From NCBI RefSeq assembly GCF_009914755.1, contig NC_060930.1: a stretch of DNA of 64,000 bases. The stretch is one strand, 5' to 3'. The notes under the pieces were generated by a model that did not search any database, was not told where the DNA came from, and was given only the letters and a program-made list of their open reading frames with translations. A program made the translations under genes and the position numbers. Below, piece after piece: positions 17,301 through 30,932 of the stretch (position 1 is the stretch's first letter; each line of letters begins with the position of its first letter). This DNA is from the human T2T-CHM13v2.0 reference genome, Homo sapiens.

Positions 17301-17386
17301 GGGGAGAGAGGGAGGGAGGAGGGAGGAGGGTGGAGGGTGGAGGGTGGAGGGTGGAGGGTGGAGGGCGGAGGGCGGAAGGGAGGGGG
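17301..17386 (+). repeat. G-rich tract with (GGAGGGT)5(GGAGGGC)2 tandem repeat; G-quadruplex potential
   Basis: 7-mer units at 17325-17373 lie within a purine-rich tract that has more than ten GGG runs. Confidence 0.9.
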
Positions 17387-17559
17387 CGAGCGCGGCGGTC
17401 AGCGCCCCGGCTGGCTCAGCTCCGGCCCCGGCGCCTCTCGGCCCCTCCCTCCCAGGCAGAGCCACGCGCCCCAGGCCCCCTCCCCAGGCCCGCCCACCCG
17501 GGTGGACCGTGCGGCCAAGCACGCCCACCCCCGGACACTGGCTGCCCGGTCCCGGATCC

Positions 17560-17671
17560 CCAAGGGCGACGTTTCTATTTGGGATCCACAACAGGTGCCT
17601 GAGAAACAAAGCCGCAGATCGCTCCACCGCTGTGCGCAGTCCCCTGCTGAGGGGCCAGCGGCTCTCCCTGG
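17560..17671 (+). ncRNA. Candidate first exon of a divergent antisense lncRNA (DST-AS1-like)
   Basis: Plus-strand donor TGG|GTAAGG at 17672 on the far side of the CpG island. I recall an antisense lncRNA at DST. The 5' boundary is a guess. Confidence 0.4.
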
Positions 17672-18197
17672 GTAAGGGATGATCGGGGGGAGGGTTGGAA
17701 ATACTTTCTTCCACCCATCTTTTTGGCGTGGGAGGATTCAGGTCACTCTGTGACAGCACAGGGCAAGGAGGGCACGGGGGTCCGCGTCTAGGGGACATCC
17801 CGGGGACAGGGTGAGGAGGCCTCTGCAGGTGGCCCCGCGCATCAGCGCCTGACAGCCGGGCCGCGCCTGCGCCTGAGCGCCCGGCCGCCGCGAGGCTGCC
17901 GAGTACCAGCCTGCGGTCCCTCCCTTCTGCCCCCCAGAGCCCACAGGCGCATCTGCTGCTGGGCTCCGCGGCGGGCCTATAGGTTCACAACTGCCCCATA
18001 TTTATCACCTCCCTCCTGCTCTCTCCTTATTATTCATTCTACATAGTACTAGTATCCATTAAACTGAGTAAAATGGATACAGTTCCCTTAAATTAGATAT
18101 ATGTGTATCATATACTAAAGTGGGTGAGTTTAAGCGTCCATTGGAGGAACCAACTGATACCCAGGCATGTAAATGGATGTGTTTAAGAGTAATGACT

Positions 18198-18497
18198 GGC
18201 CGGGCGCGGTGTCTCACGCCTGTAATCCCAGCACTTTGGGAGGCCGAGGCGGGTGGATCACGAGGTCAGGAGTTCAAGACCAGCCTGGCCAAAATGGTGA
18301 AATCCCGTCTCTACTAAAAATACAAAATTTAGCCGGGCGTGGTGGCGGGTACCTATAATCCCAGCTACTCGGGAGGTTGAGGCAGAGAACTGCTTGAACC
18401 CGGGAGGTGGAGGTTGCAGTGAGACGAGATCACGCCACCGTATTCCAGCCTGGGCGACAGAGCAAGACTCCGTCTCAAAAAAAAAAAAAAAAAAAAA
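18198..18497 (+). mobile_element. AluS (Sg-like), CpG-rich
   Basis: Full dimer with A tail at the edge of the CpG island. Confidence 0.92.
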
Positions 18498-19559
18498 CAG
18501 TGAAGTCAGGCTGCTGTACATAGAATCTTCACTCCTTACTGTGTCACATGGGCAAGTTACTTATCCTCTCTGAGACTCTCTTCATCAGTAAAACAGCGAT
18601 AGTAGTGCCTAACTCATAAAGTTGTATAGTAAATGAAGTTTAGAATAATGTCTGGTGTTATATAAGGATTAGCTGCTGCACCTACTACTTTATTTAGGAG
18701 GTGGGGTCTCACTCTGTCATCCAGGCTGGAGTACAGTGACAGGATGATACCTCATTGCTACTGCTATTATTAGATAAATCAGCTGATTGTTGACGGTCTG
18801 ACCTATGTCAACTTCACGTCTTGTCTAAATCTTCCTTCCCTATTTCCTCCTTTCACATATACTGACCTTTTGCCCTCCATGATTTTTTATTTCTTTGTTA
18901 GCGTTGGGTGTTGTGAACTATGGACCATTTTCCATTAATGCTTAGATAGGGATGAGTTCCTCTTGAAAGAAAAAATTGTGTACTCGTGGGAAAAAAAAAC
19001 TGACTTGAGATAGAACTGGAGCACTCCTCAGCAATTGGCCTACTTCTGTTACTCCAAACAAAGCAAGACCACATCTCTTTTTTCTATCCTGACCACTGGT
19101 TTATAATCTGAGTTTGAACCACTGTCCCAGTAAGTCTTTAAGGTTACTAGAGTTTTCTTACAGCTCGATATGCATTTGTGTGCACATTAGTTCATAAAGT
19201 AACAACCAGGCATCATATGGGACACCTTCTTGAAATAAAAGGGTTAGCAATTAAGTCCCTGAAAGTCATTCATTTACAGACCACACATGTATAGACATAG
19301 GTCTCTCAAAAATGTCTCCTTTACAATGAGTAAGGTCATTGAAGGCACGTCTGAGCCTTCATCAGAGACTGACACCCAGTAGCACCCAGTTTTATGAATA
19401 TAGTCAGCACACAGTAATTTTAATCATCCATTTAAGGAACCAGTCAAAATGAGCAGAAGCAACATTTGGGATTGTTTTTAAAAACAGCCTTTACCCCATG
19501 CATTCTTGGAAGGGTAACATTGGGTCAATATGCTAATAATAATAGTGTATTCCATAGAG

Positions 19560-19990
19560 AAGAGGCAAAAGCGTAGCAGTAAATAGCTTGGACTTTGGAG
19601 TAAAGACTGCCTGAATTCAGATCCTAGCTCTACTACTTCTTGACACTACAACCTTGGCAAAGTTTTTCTTCCTTTCTCAGCAGATTCTGAACTGAAAATG
19701 GAGAAAATCATAGTACCTACTTCATGGGGTTCTTGGGAGGTCAAAATAGGATACCATATTAAGTGCTTAGAAGAACATCTGGCCATGGGTAAGCTATCAT
19801 TTATAAAGCATTTGATGTGCCAAGGAGGTAGCAGAATTGTTTGCATTCACTATTATATTTAATCACCACAACCATGACCCTTTGATAAGGAAACTGAGGC
19901 TAAGATAAGTTTGGTAAATTGTCCAAGTAAACACAACTAGTCATGGACAGAGAAGGAATTAAAACCAAGTCTGCCTGAGTTCAAAGTCTG
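19560..19990. mobile_element. MIR fragments
   Basis: MIR core motifs on opposite strands (gaattcagatcctagctctactactt, aaaatggagaaaatcatagtacctacttcat; ataaggaaactgaggct). Confidence 0.65.
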
Positions 19991-20333
19991 ATTCTCCTTT
20001 GATCCTTCAATTCCAACTTCGAAGAATTTGGATAGGACAAAAATCCTTTTCTTAAAATAGCATTATCACTGACAAACCATGTAACTTTATAGGTAGTTTA
20101 TGACTGAAAAACCCAACTTACAATATCCTGTAGCTAACAACAGCAGATCTGTATTGCTCATATGTAAAAAGCATTTATACAATGGGTGTTTAAAAGCCCC
20201 TTTCCTTATATTTCATTGTTTTATTCTCACATTGACCCTAGGAGATAAGAAGTAAACATACTATAGTCTCAGATTTTAATATGATGAAACCACAACAGAT
20301 ACAAAAGCACTAAAGACTAAAAATGTGAAGTTG

Positions 20334-20960
<627 letters not shown>

Positions 20961-21489
20961 ATAATAAGAAGTGTTAAGACATGTGACGCCTTCACTAATA
21001 TGACTTTCCAAACCGTAAACCTGATTATGCCATTCCATTGCTTAAAAATCTTTCAATGGTTCCCTAGCACTTACAACATAAATAGTCCAGTTGCCTCAGG
21101 ATTGTACACAAACATCTTTACAGTTTCTGTCTTTCCCTTCCAAATCCCACACTTAGCAACACACTTTACTTGCAGTTCCCATTTACACCCATCTCCCTAC
21201 CTTTGTTCTTGTAGTTCCATCCCTCTAAAGTGGGCTTCCCTTTCACCCTAATTCCATCAAGCTCTTTAAATCTCAATTCAAGTGGCACTTCCTCTCAGAA
21301 ACCTTTCAGGAACCTCCCATGCCTCCCTTCTCCCCTCAGGTTAATTACACTGTCCTCTGGGTTCTTTTAATTTTAGGTGCTTATAGCCATCTCAACTAAT
21401 CCCTGTAACAACTAATAATTACCGCGTTGTAACTGTTTAACAACACATCCATTTATCATATTAGACTATGACCTTTATTTTCCAGCTTA

Positions 21490-21777
21490 TTCTTTTTTAT
21501 TTTACTGATACATGATATTTTATATATTAATGAGGGCACCATACTGCAAGTATTTTTTACATGCATAGAATGTGTAACGATCAAGTCAGAGTATCTGAGG
21601 TATCTACCACCTTAAGCATTTATCATTTCTATGTATTGGTAATATTTCAAGTCCTTCCTTCTAGCTATTTTGAAATATACAATATATTATTGCTAACTAT
21701 AGATATCCTACTCTGCTATGGAATATTAGGACTCATTTCTTTTAACTGTAAGTTTGTATCCATTCACCAATCTCTTT
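21490..21777 (-). mobile_element. L1MA-type 3' end fragment
   Basis: catgcatagaatgtgtaacgatcaagtcag...cttctagctattttgaaatatacaata; actatgac(c/t)ttt on both flanks. Confidence 0.75.
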
Positions 21778-22352
21778 TGAAACTATGACTTTTTAAAGGC
21801 AGAACTGTATGCTAATCTTCATTTTATTGCAGGGGCTCAATAAGTAGTTGCTAAATGTGGGTGAATTAAGGTATCCCACAGACCACATAGTCTTTTTGAC
21901 TCAATAGACACTTTCACAATCAATTCTATTTTTAGGACCTTAAAAACAAATGAAAATACTAAACTCTCAGCTCTTTTATTACTAAGTAATGACCACTATA
22001 GACATCCTCACACCATTTCTGAACTTCACCTCATTTCCTAAAAAGGGTGAATTTCAGGGAGGGGGTAAGTTTCAGGAAGAGTATGAAAATATATAACAAA
22101 ATTAGAAGTTGAATTTTCAATTGTATGTTTTCATAGTATCTACAGCACCAAATTCCATTAGATAACCTGTACCCTCATCCTCACACTGGGTGATGAGTGG
22201 CCAGTTTAACACATAATATATCTAAATTTCATAATTTAGCCACATTATAAGTTAAACAGATATTTATGGACTGGCCCCCCAAGTCTATCCTCCATGTATG
22301 ATTATTGTTTATGATTTGCCTAGCAAAAAGCTAATTTACCAATATTTATTTA

Positions 22353-23050
<698 letters not shown>

Positions 23051-25010
23051 TGTAAATTCTAAAGAATGGAATTTTGAGATCCCCAGTGCATCACCTGCCA
23101 CCAACTTCACAGCTATCCCTACAAACTCAGTGAACATTTTACAATTAACAAGCGATGGCCCCTGCATCAATGACTCCACAGTCTACTAATAGCATCAGCA
23201 CCTTCATGTACACTGCATCCCATTAGAACATAGAGTTCTTCAATATCTTCCCCACCTGCAGTGTACAATGATGGTTAGTACTACCAATTTCTCATGACTT
23301 CCTGCCCAGTAGAGTTTTTCCCAATTTATCTAATTTCATTCCCCCTAACAAACACCTGCCCTGTCTTTCTGTCATAACTCCCTCCTTCATTACTGAAAGC
23401 AAAATATCCATCTCTGCCACTACTATCAAAACTCTCAGCCCAGAAGCACCTTCTACCTTCCAAAAAATACATAGAACAGGTATCCCATTTTGATGCCCTA
23501 AGTGGGCCATCAGCCCCCAGTAACTTCTCACTCACACCCTCCTTTCATCTATCTTCCCTTTCTGCTGAGTCAAACATCTGGTATGGGCAGTGTCATCTGT
23601 ATAGGCATTCATTTCGCTGGAGCCTCAGACCTGCGGGAAAGTTCTCAACAGGTTAAGGAGGCAGGCCTCAGTGACTAAACATTTTCTGGTCTGCCTTGAC
23701 TCTCCAAGTCTACCCCTGCTCACTCTCAGTCTCCATCCTCCCTCCACCTCCCCTTTCTCACTCCACCCCTTGCTCTTCAAAGGCCTGGGTGAGACCAGCC
23801 AGCATCTCACAGCGGAAGCCAGAAGAAGCTCAAGGCTGTTGCCCCAGAAACCCTGACTAGAGAATGGCTGGCTAGGCACTGTTTGTTTTTCCCGTAATCA
23901 GAAAATCCCACTGGGGGGACAAAAAGGGGGTTCTCAGCTGCCTTGATGGCCGGAATCTGGGCTGGTCCCCTCCAGCCCCCTTGGAGGAAGAGAAAGTACC
24001 AACTTTGCAATACAGTATAGGAGGCAAAAAAAAAAAAAAAACAACTGTGGAAAGGGACCCCCAGAGTTAAGAGTGGAAGAGAGGGAAGGAAAGGAAGCCT
24101 GAACCACTGGATGCAGAAACAAACTTAAAGAACACCTGGCCTTCTGCCTTTGCAAGAAAGTCCCCAAGGACACATTCCATCCTGCCCTGTTACCATTTCC
24201 AAGAAAGAAAGAAAAAAAAAATATTGAGGGAAGAAAGGAACAACACCCCTGGAAGCACCTCTCATGCACAGGACACATACACACAAACCACGCAGGGGTT
24301 GGAAGGTTGATTTCCACAGTGTTCTCAGCTTTCAGCTGGGTAAAACAAGCCATCACTTCTGGTTCAGCTTTTAGGGCCAATGCAAGGGAACACCGGGTAA
24401 CACAGAACAGAAACATTGGCACATCTCATGTATTAATTAATCAGGAAGGCGTGATGGCCAAACCCTCAAAAGCACTAAGGACAGAAAGCTGCTATGGATA
24501 CAATGATGCAGACAGAGATGCTACATTTAAAGAAAAACAACATCCAAGTTGCTGGAATATGCTTTGCAATCCTGGGTACCAAAAACCATGGATCTTCTCA
24601 ATCTGCGTAGCTCAGTGCCCCTGGGCAAAAATGAAAATAAAGGCTGCTCACTTCCAGCTTCCCGCAAATATACTAGCAATCACTGGAGCTAATACTTTCA
24701 GAATGTTATGGTAACTAATGCAGTAATTAGGAAAGTTTAGTGCAAATGTCTGTAAATATTTCCTTGCATTTCAAAGGAATCGATTCGTCCAACCAGAAGG
24801 CAGGGCCAAACAGCTTAGTCACCAGCAGGCAGGGCAAATGGCTCTATCGGTAAAACAAGGCATAAAGTAAACATGGTCATCATCCTCCCCAACCTTGAGC
24901 ACAGATTCCTGCCCAGTGCATCAGCTCCCGCTATGGCCCCCCAGGAGGTAGATGGGCGAATTTCCGCAACTCTCTTCCCCCACTCCATCCCCTTCCCCAG
25001 ATGCTCTTAC

Positions 25011-25218
25011 CTGCTATCCGAAGCACTGCCCTCTCGGCAGGGTCCAGCACTGAGCCCCCTTGAATCTTTCTTTTCGATCTCTCATGTTTAGGCAAATTCC
25101 AGGGTAAGGTGTCTCCCGGAGCTGGGGATGCGGAGCCAGATTTCTGGCTGAAATCATCCTCATCGGAAAAATCCGCAGAGGAAGACATAGAGCAGCGATA
25201 GGACGCGTTCCCGGAACT
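25011..25218 (-). CDS. DST: Dystonin coding exon (last variant-2-specific exon before the actin-binding domain; plectin-1c-like)
   Basis: Acceptor ttttctgtgtcattctctgtAG| precedes 25218. The 208 nt encode SSGNASYRCSMSSSADFSDEDDFSQKSGSASPAPGDTLPWNLPKHERSKRKIQGGSVLDPAERAVLRIA plus G. Donor CAG|GTAAGA at 25010. GDTLPWNL and VLDPAERAV are plectin/MACF1/DST motifs. Confidence 0.97.
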
Positions 25219-25401
25219 CTACAGAGAATGACACAGAAAAAGCATTAACAGCAAAATACTCACATATGCTCAATGATTTAAACATCTCCCCCACCAACCA
25301 CCGCCGCCCTCCCTGCCCCCAAACTGGGTCTGGCATATCCTGCACCATCCTCGGAGCTGAGGGAATATGCAGAAACCAAAAAAATAAAACCCGGAGCTCA
25401 C

Positions 25402-25404
25402 CAT
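25402..25404 (-). CDS. DST: Probable DST alternative first exon whose only coding part is the ATG (gives MSSGNASYRCS...)
   Basis: Minus strand gaaaagATG|GTGAGC: A at -3 and a good phase-0 donor at 25401. A 183-nt intron leads to the phase-0 acceptor at 25218. The exon's 5' end cannot be defined from sequence. Confidence 0.7.
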
Positions 25405-28400
25405 CTTTTCTTGGCCAAGTCTCCAATCGTAAAAACAATACACAGGCAGTTTCAATACATGAAGATTTGCACGGAAGAAGTGTGTGGCCTGTGGTCCGGC
25501 CACCAGCTCACAAATGACTGGCCCAACAATGAAGCCAGAATCAACAGCCTTCCTGTTACAAACCTATAGTATTTGGCTCCCCCACCAGGACAGTAGAAAT
25601 ATTTTCCATTACTAGCCTGCTGCTTAATTCATCAATGCAACTAACTCGAAGTTTCGAAAACAAAGCACAAATGCAGGATGTTGAGTCCCAACTCCTTTCC
25701 GCTTCAAGTCACCTCACCACTGGAGACTCCGTTCTGACCAGTTTTAAGCCCCTGTCCTCTTTATTTAATTTTCTTCATGAGACTGAAGCAGGTTCCCAGA
25801 AAAGAGCAAGGAGGGAGGAAGGGCTGATTCTGAGAAGAGCCTTTTCTTAAGACTGGGAGAACACAAAAGACTGTTTTCAGAAGCCTATGGCAGCACCAAT
25901 AAACAAACATCTGAACTCGGTTTAGAGTTCTCAAGATAATTTAAACTTCCAGCAAAGTAACAGCTGCCAATAATGTAAATGAGAATGATGCTGCGCAGTG
26001 ACAGGAAACAGAGCTCTTCTCAGCTCCTGGTCATTACACAGTGAAATGAGAAACAGGATGCTTTTGCCAAAGCACTTTGCCTGAAGGTTAGTCCTCCCTT
26101 CATCTAGCTGGAGCAAATCTGTAGGGTCATGTCTTGCATAAAAGTGTTAATATCTTCCATAGAGGGAAAAGGCACAAGATGTTATTCCTTCCTTCTTTGT
26201 TGGGTTGTGTTTGTGATTATTTACAGAGCCACTGGCTTACTAAGGAAACAAGGATGTTGACTATCTCTGCTGCAAAATTATAAACATAACGACATATCAA
26301 AAGGAAGTCTTGACTTTCCTACTGAGAATTCTACTTCGCTGAGACTCATGGTAAAGATGCAAAACTGGTATAACTCGAATTCCTGAAATGTAACTTGCAG
26401 CCATGGATTCCTAAGAAGCAAGTTACAGGCAGAAATCAGTGAGGCGTGCTCCAATTTGAGCAAAAACACTGGGCTTCCCACAAAAGCAGTGGCAACTGCA
26501 GCACAAACAGGCTGTGTGAGCCACATCCCAAAACACTCACCCAAGGTACGTGAAATAAACTCTAATTGCATCAGGACTACCAACCTTACCTCAATCTGTT
26601 TAGGCCTGTGGCTATGCATGGTCAACACCATTATTTTATTTTATTTATTTTTCTTTTTTGTGGGCACATAGTAGGTGTAAACCCCATTATTTTAGAAGTT
26701 CACGTAATATTTCCCACAAAGTGAGGTATGTAAGACGTAGCTCTCTATTCTTTCCCCCCAAAAAAGCTGTCTTCCATTTTATTTTACATAAAATTTCATC
26801 ATCTTGGCTAATTTATTTATTTACAGTCTGTATATTTTTCTAATGACAATAAGGCATTAGGCAAACTTGAGGCAAAAAGTAAATAAAATTGATTTTCTGT
26901 ATTGTAGCTACAATCCATAGGGAGTTGTGAGTGGCATTAGGTCAGTCACAGCATGCTATTATCAACCCAGTTTATTTTCCATGCTTTTCTGAAAATCCAT
27001 CTTGAGCTTTCTGAGATTTTGTTTTTGGCTGGCTCTGCATAAAAGGGTGACATTCTTAAAGACTTTTAAGAGGGTATTGGGTTTCTTTGGCTGCTTTCTA
27101 TCTTCCTAAAAATGGCTTCCTATCTGTCCTTATTTAAGGTCATCCTTTATCTGTGAGATTATATTTCTTGTTACCTGTACTATTTTAGTGAGGATAGTAA
27201 TTTGATTATTTATCTTTACAGACAGACTTGGAGAATAACTGTTAAAGAACTGCTCCTTTCCAAAAACCACTGGTTATTGATTTTTGTAGAGTAAATTTTT
27301 TTAATGGCCTGAGTCTCAGCTGATTGAACAACGAAATGTGATTTATGCCACGACATAAACACCATTAATCACTCATAGCCAGATGGGAACAGTTACCACC
27401 CATGGACCCATGGGTGTTGACTGGTGCAGCCTCTAATCTGGTAGTGTCATTGGTAAACAGATAAGAGAGAAAAAGAGGAAAAGACAATCAACAACACTTC
27501 TTTCAACAATATATCATAGGAAAATATGGACCCCACACACACACACAAACTGAGGGAAATCATACATATTTATATGTGGCAAAGTCTCTCCCAGGCTACA
27601 TGATCCAAGTGTTTTAACAATTAAAGTATCGGATTTTTTCCCACAAAAATTTTCATGAATACTTTTTAAAAATATAAGGTAAACTATATAAAAGTAGGCC
27701 CATTTGAACCCTGAAAATTGGAAACAGATTTAAATGGAGCTGCTTTAAAGTGGATTGATCCTAAAGAAAACCTATTATATTCTTTATTGATTTGAAATGA
27801 CTTGCCAAATCATGTTACTATCTTGGGGGCTAGAAAAGAGTGCGGAACTACAGTTCCCTTTTGTTTTAAGAAAAGCAAATATGTTCTCTCACCCAAAGGC
27901 CAGAGCCTAACCTTTGATGTGGGGCTTAGAAAGGTAGGACAAAGGAAGAGGGCTCCTGTAATCAACAAAAGCCCCAGGTTCCTATCTAGTATTCTACTAT
28001 TGTTGCCTAAGGTTTGATTCCTATTAAAATACAAATTCGGTAGCTAGGTCCATCAATAGGAGACTGTTTAAATATAGTTATATGGATACCATAGTCTACT
28101 CTATAGCAATTAAACAAAAATGTTACTGATCTACACTTAGTAAAGAAGAAATAATTCATAAAGAATGATTTCTTAAAATATGTGCGTGTGCATGTACATG
28201 TAATAGTTACCCATATGTAAGTAGCGATTATCTTTGGGTGATGACTAAGATTCTGAATGAATTTAATTTTATTCCTTATAATATTTTAATCCAATACAAG
28301 CACATAAAAAGATTACCAAAAGTAAAAAGATTTTATGTCAAGGGTCAGAGAAAATATGGACAACTCTGTGAAGAAGTAACTAAGTCAGTGTTTTTAACAT

Positions 28401-28781
28401 TTCTGGGCTCATAGGCACCCCTGAAAAGTTAATGAAACCTCTTTCCAGAATAAAGTACAAGAGTCAATACATGCAAACTTTGCATATCATTTTATGGGAT
28501 TAACTGACCCACTGACCCCAGGTTAAGACCCCAATTCACACCATCATTTGTCATCCCCATTTGGCATGTATGCTGAAAACAAGAGATACATGAAAGAGCT
28601 GTGGAGTAACCATACCAACAAGGGGGCAGAGTAATTAGGGTAGTGAAGATAAAGCTGGCCTACGTCATAATACTTTTTAACAGTTGGCCTTTTTCATAAA
28701 TGACCATGAGCCACTTCTGGACTGATACTGAATCTCTGCAAACAAAAAAGCACTAGATAGTTACAAGCCAAAAACCCAGTA

Positions 28782-29629
28782 CAGTAAATCCTCACTTAAA
28801 ATCATCAATAGGTTCTTGGAAACTGCTGCTTTAAGTCAAAGGACATATAATAAAACCAATTTTACATAGACTAATTAATATAAATGAGAGTTAAGTTCCT
28901 ACAACAAATAATATTTCTGGGCATAAAAATATCACCAAACTTCTAAATAAAGACCAAAACACTTCTAATATTAAACACTGCAATCAACGTGAGCTATACA
29001 TACATTTACGGAAGATTAATAAAAACAAATAAGATAATTATTTACCCAATTTTTGGTGAATCAGTAAATGACAGCAGTCATCGGGGTGGGGGGTTAAATC
29101 AAGGAATAAATGTTTGCAAAGTGAAAAATATAAGGAGTACCTCCTACTGCCATGCAGTTCAAAGCCAATCACAAATATGGCAGACCCACTGAGTACCTTC
29201 ATACCACATTGTTTATTGTCATGCATTTGTAGGATTATTGTAGACCTTACAAATTTTTATTTTATAATAATTTGCATTTATTCATGCATTCCTTTTCCAA
29301 CCTGCTTATTACAGTTCAGGATCAAGGGTGAACCCATCCCAGCAGCTCAAGGCACAAGGCAGGAACCACACCTGGACAGGACACCATCCCATGGCAGGGT
29401 ACACTCATAATCTATGCCCACAGTCACTCAGAATGGGACCAATTAACCTAATGTGCACTTCCTTGGAATGTGGGAGCAAACTGCAGCATCCACAGAAAAC
29501 CCACACTGGCATGGGGAGAAAGTGTGAACTCCACTGACAGTGGCCCCAGCCAGGAATTCATTTTTTTTTCTCATCAACATTATTAACAAAAACACATTGA
29601 ACAAAACAACATTATTCAAGGACCTACTA
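28782..29629. mobile_element. MER6 (TcMar-Tigger) non-autonomous DNA transposon
   Basis: Starts TA|cagtaaatcctcacttaa, ends ttattcaaggacctacta|TA (imperfect TIRs, TA TSD), about 850 bp. Confidence 0.78.
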
Positions 29630-30099
29630 TATTGTGTCTTCTACAACCTAGTTATTAAAGCAGTTTTAACAATTGAATTAGATCACCAAAAGCTTTAAAA
29701 TGACTTTCCTGATAGCCCATTCATTCGCATGGTATAAAGACAACCCAAATCTCCTAAAGCCAGGATAATTACATAATGCAACATTTTTAGAAGGGGAACT
29801 GAACAATAACTTCTTTAACTGAAACCCCGGTGGGGGATCTGAGATAAGTACAATGGAACTGCCTAAATTGGATGCCGCCCAGCCTTAGCACCCTGATCTG
29901 TAGGAAAGTGCCAAGAAATTGTCTTGGCAATAGGCATTCTCTACAGGCAACGGAGAAAAGTGCAGAGACAAGGGTTTGCAAAGTAGCCAAAAGTTTAAAA
30001 TCCCAGAGGCTGAAAAGTAAACTTTCATAAACCCACATACCCACATATTTATAACTTAAGCACATTTCTGTATGTGTATTTCAAAATATTCACCAAAAA

Positions 30100-30932
<833 letters not shown>

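Larger units (their letters stand above)
16700..17990. promoter_or_regulatory. CpG island / bidirectional promoter of DST variant 1
   Basis: Very high GC and CpG density against AT-rich flanks, with GC boxes (GGGCGG), directly upstream of the ATG at 16757 on the minus strand. Confidence 0.93.

Noticed and set aside
16777-17682. 301-aa plus-strand ORF and overlapping 259-aa minus-strand ORF
   Set aside because: Low-complexity Arg/Gly/Pro/Ala frames produced by stop-codon scarcity in a CpG island; no recognisable domain; runs through the 7-mer repeat.
23934-24714. 162-aa and 135-aa ORFs near the DST exon
   Set aside because: Run through homopolymer tracts and show no protein-like motif; chance ORFs.
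24931-25188. 85-aa ORF as a standalone gene
   Set aside because: It is the DST exon read past its donor at 25010; the residues after LRIA are intronic.
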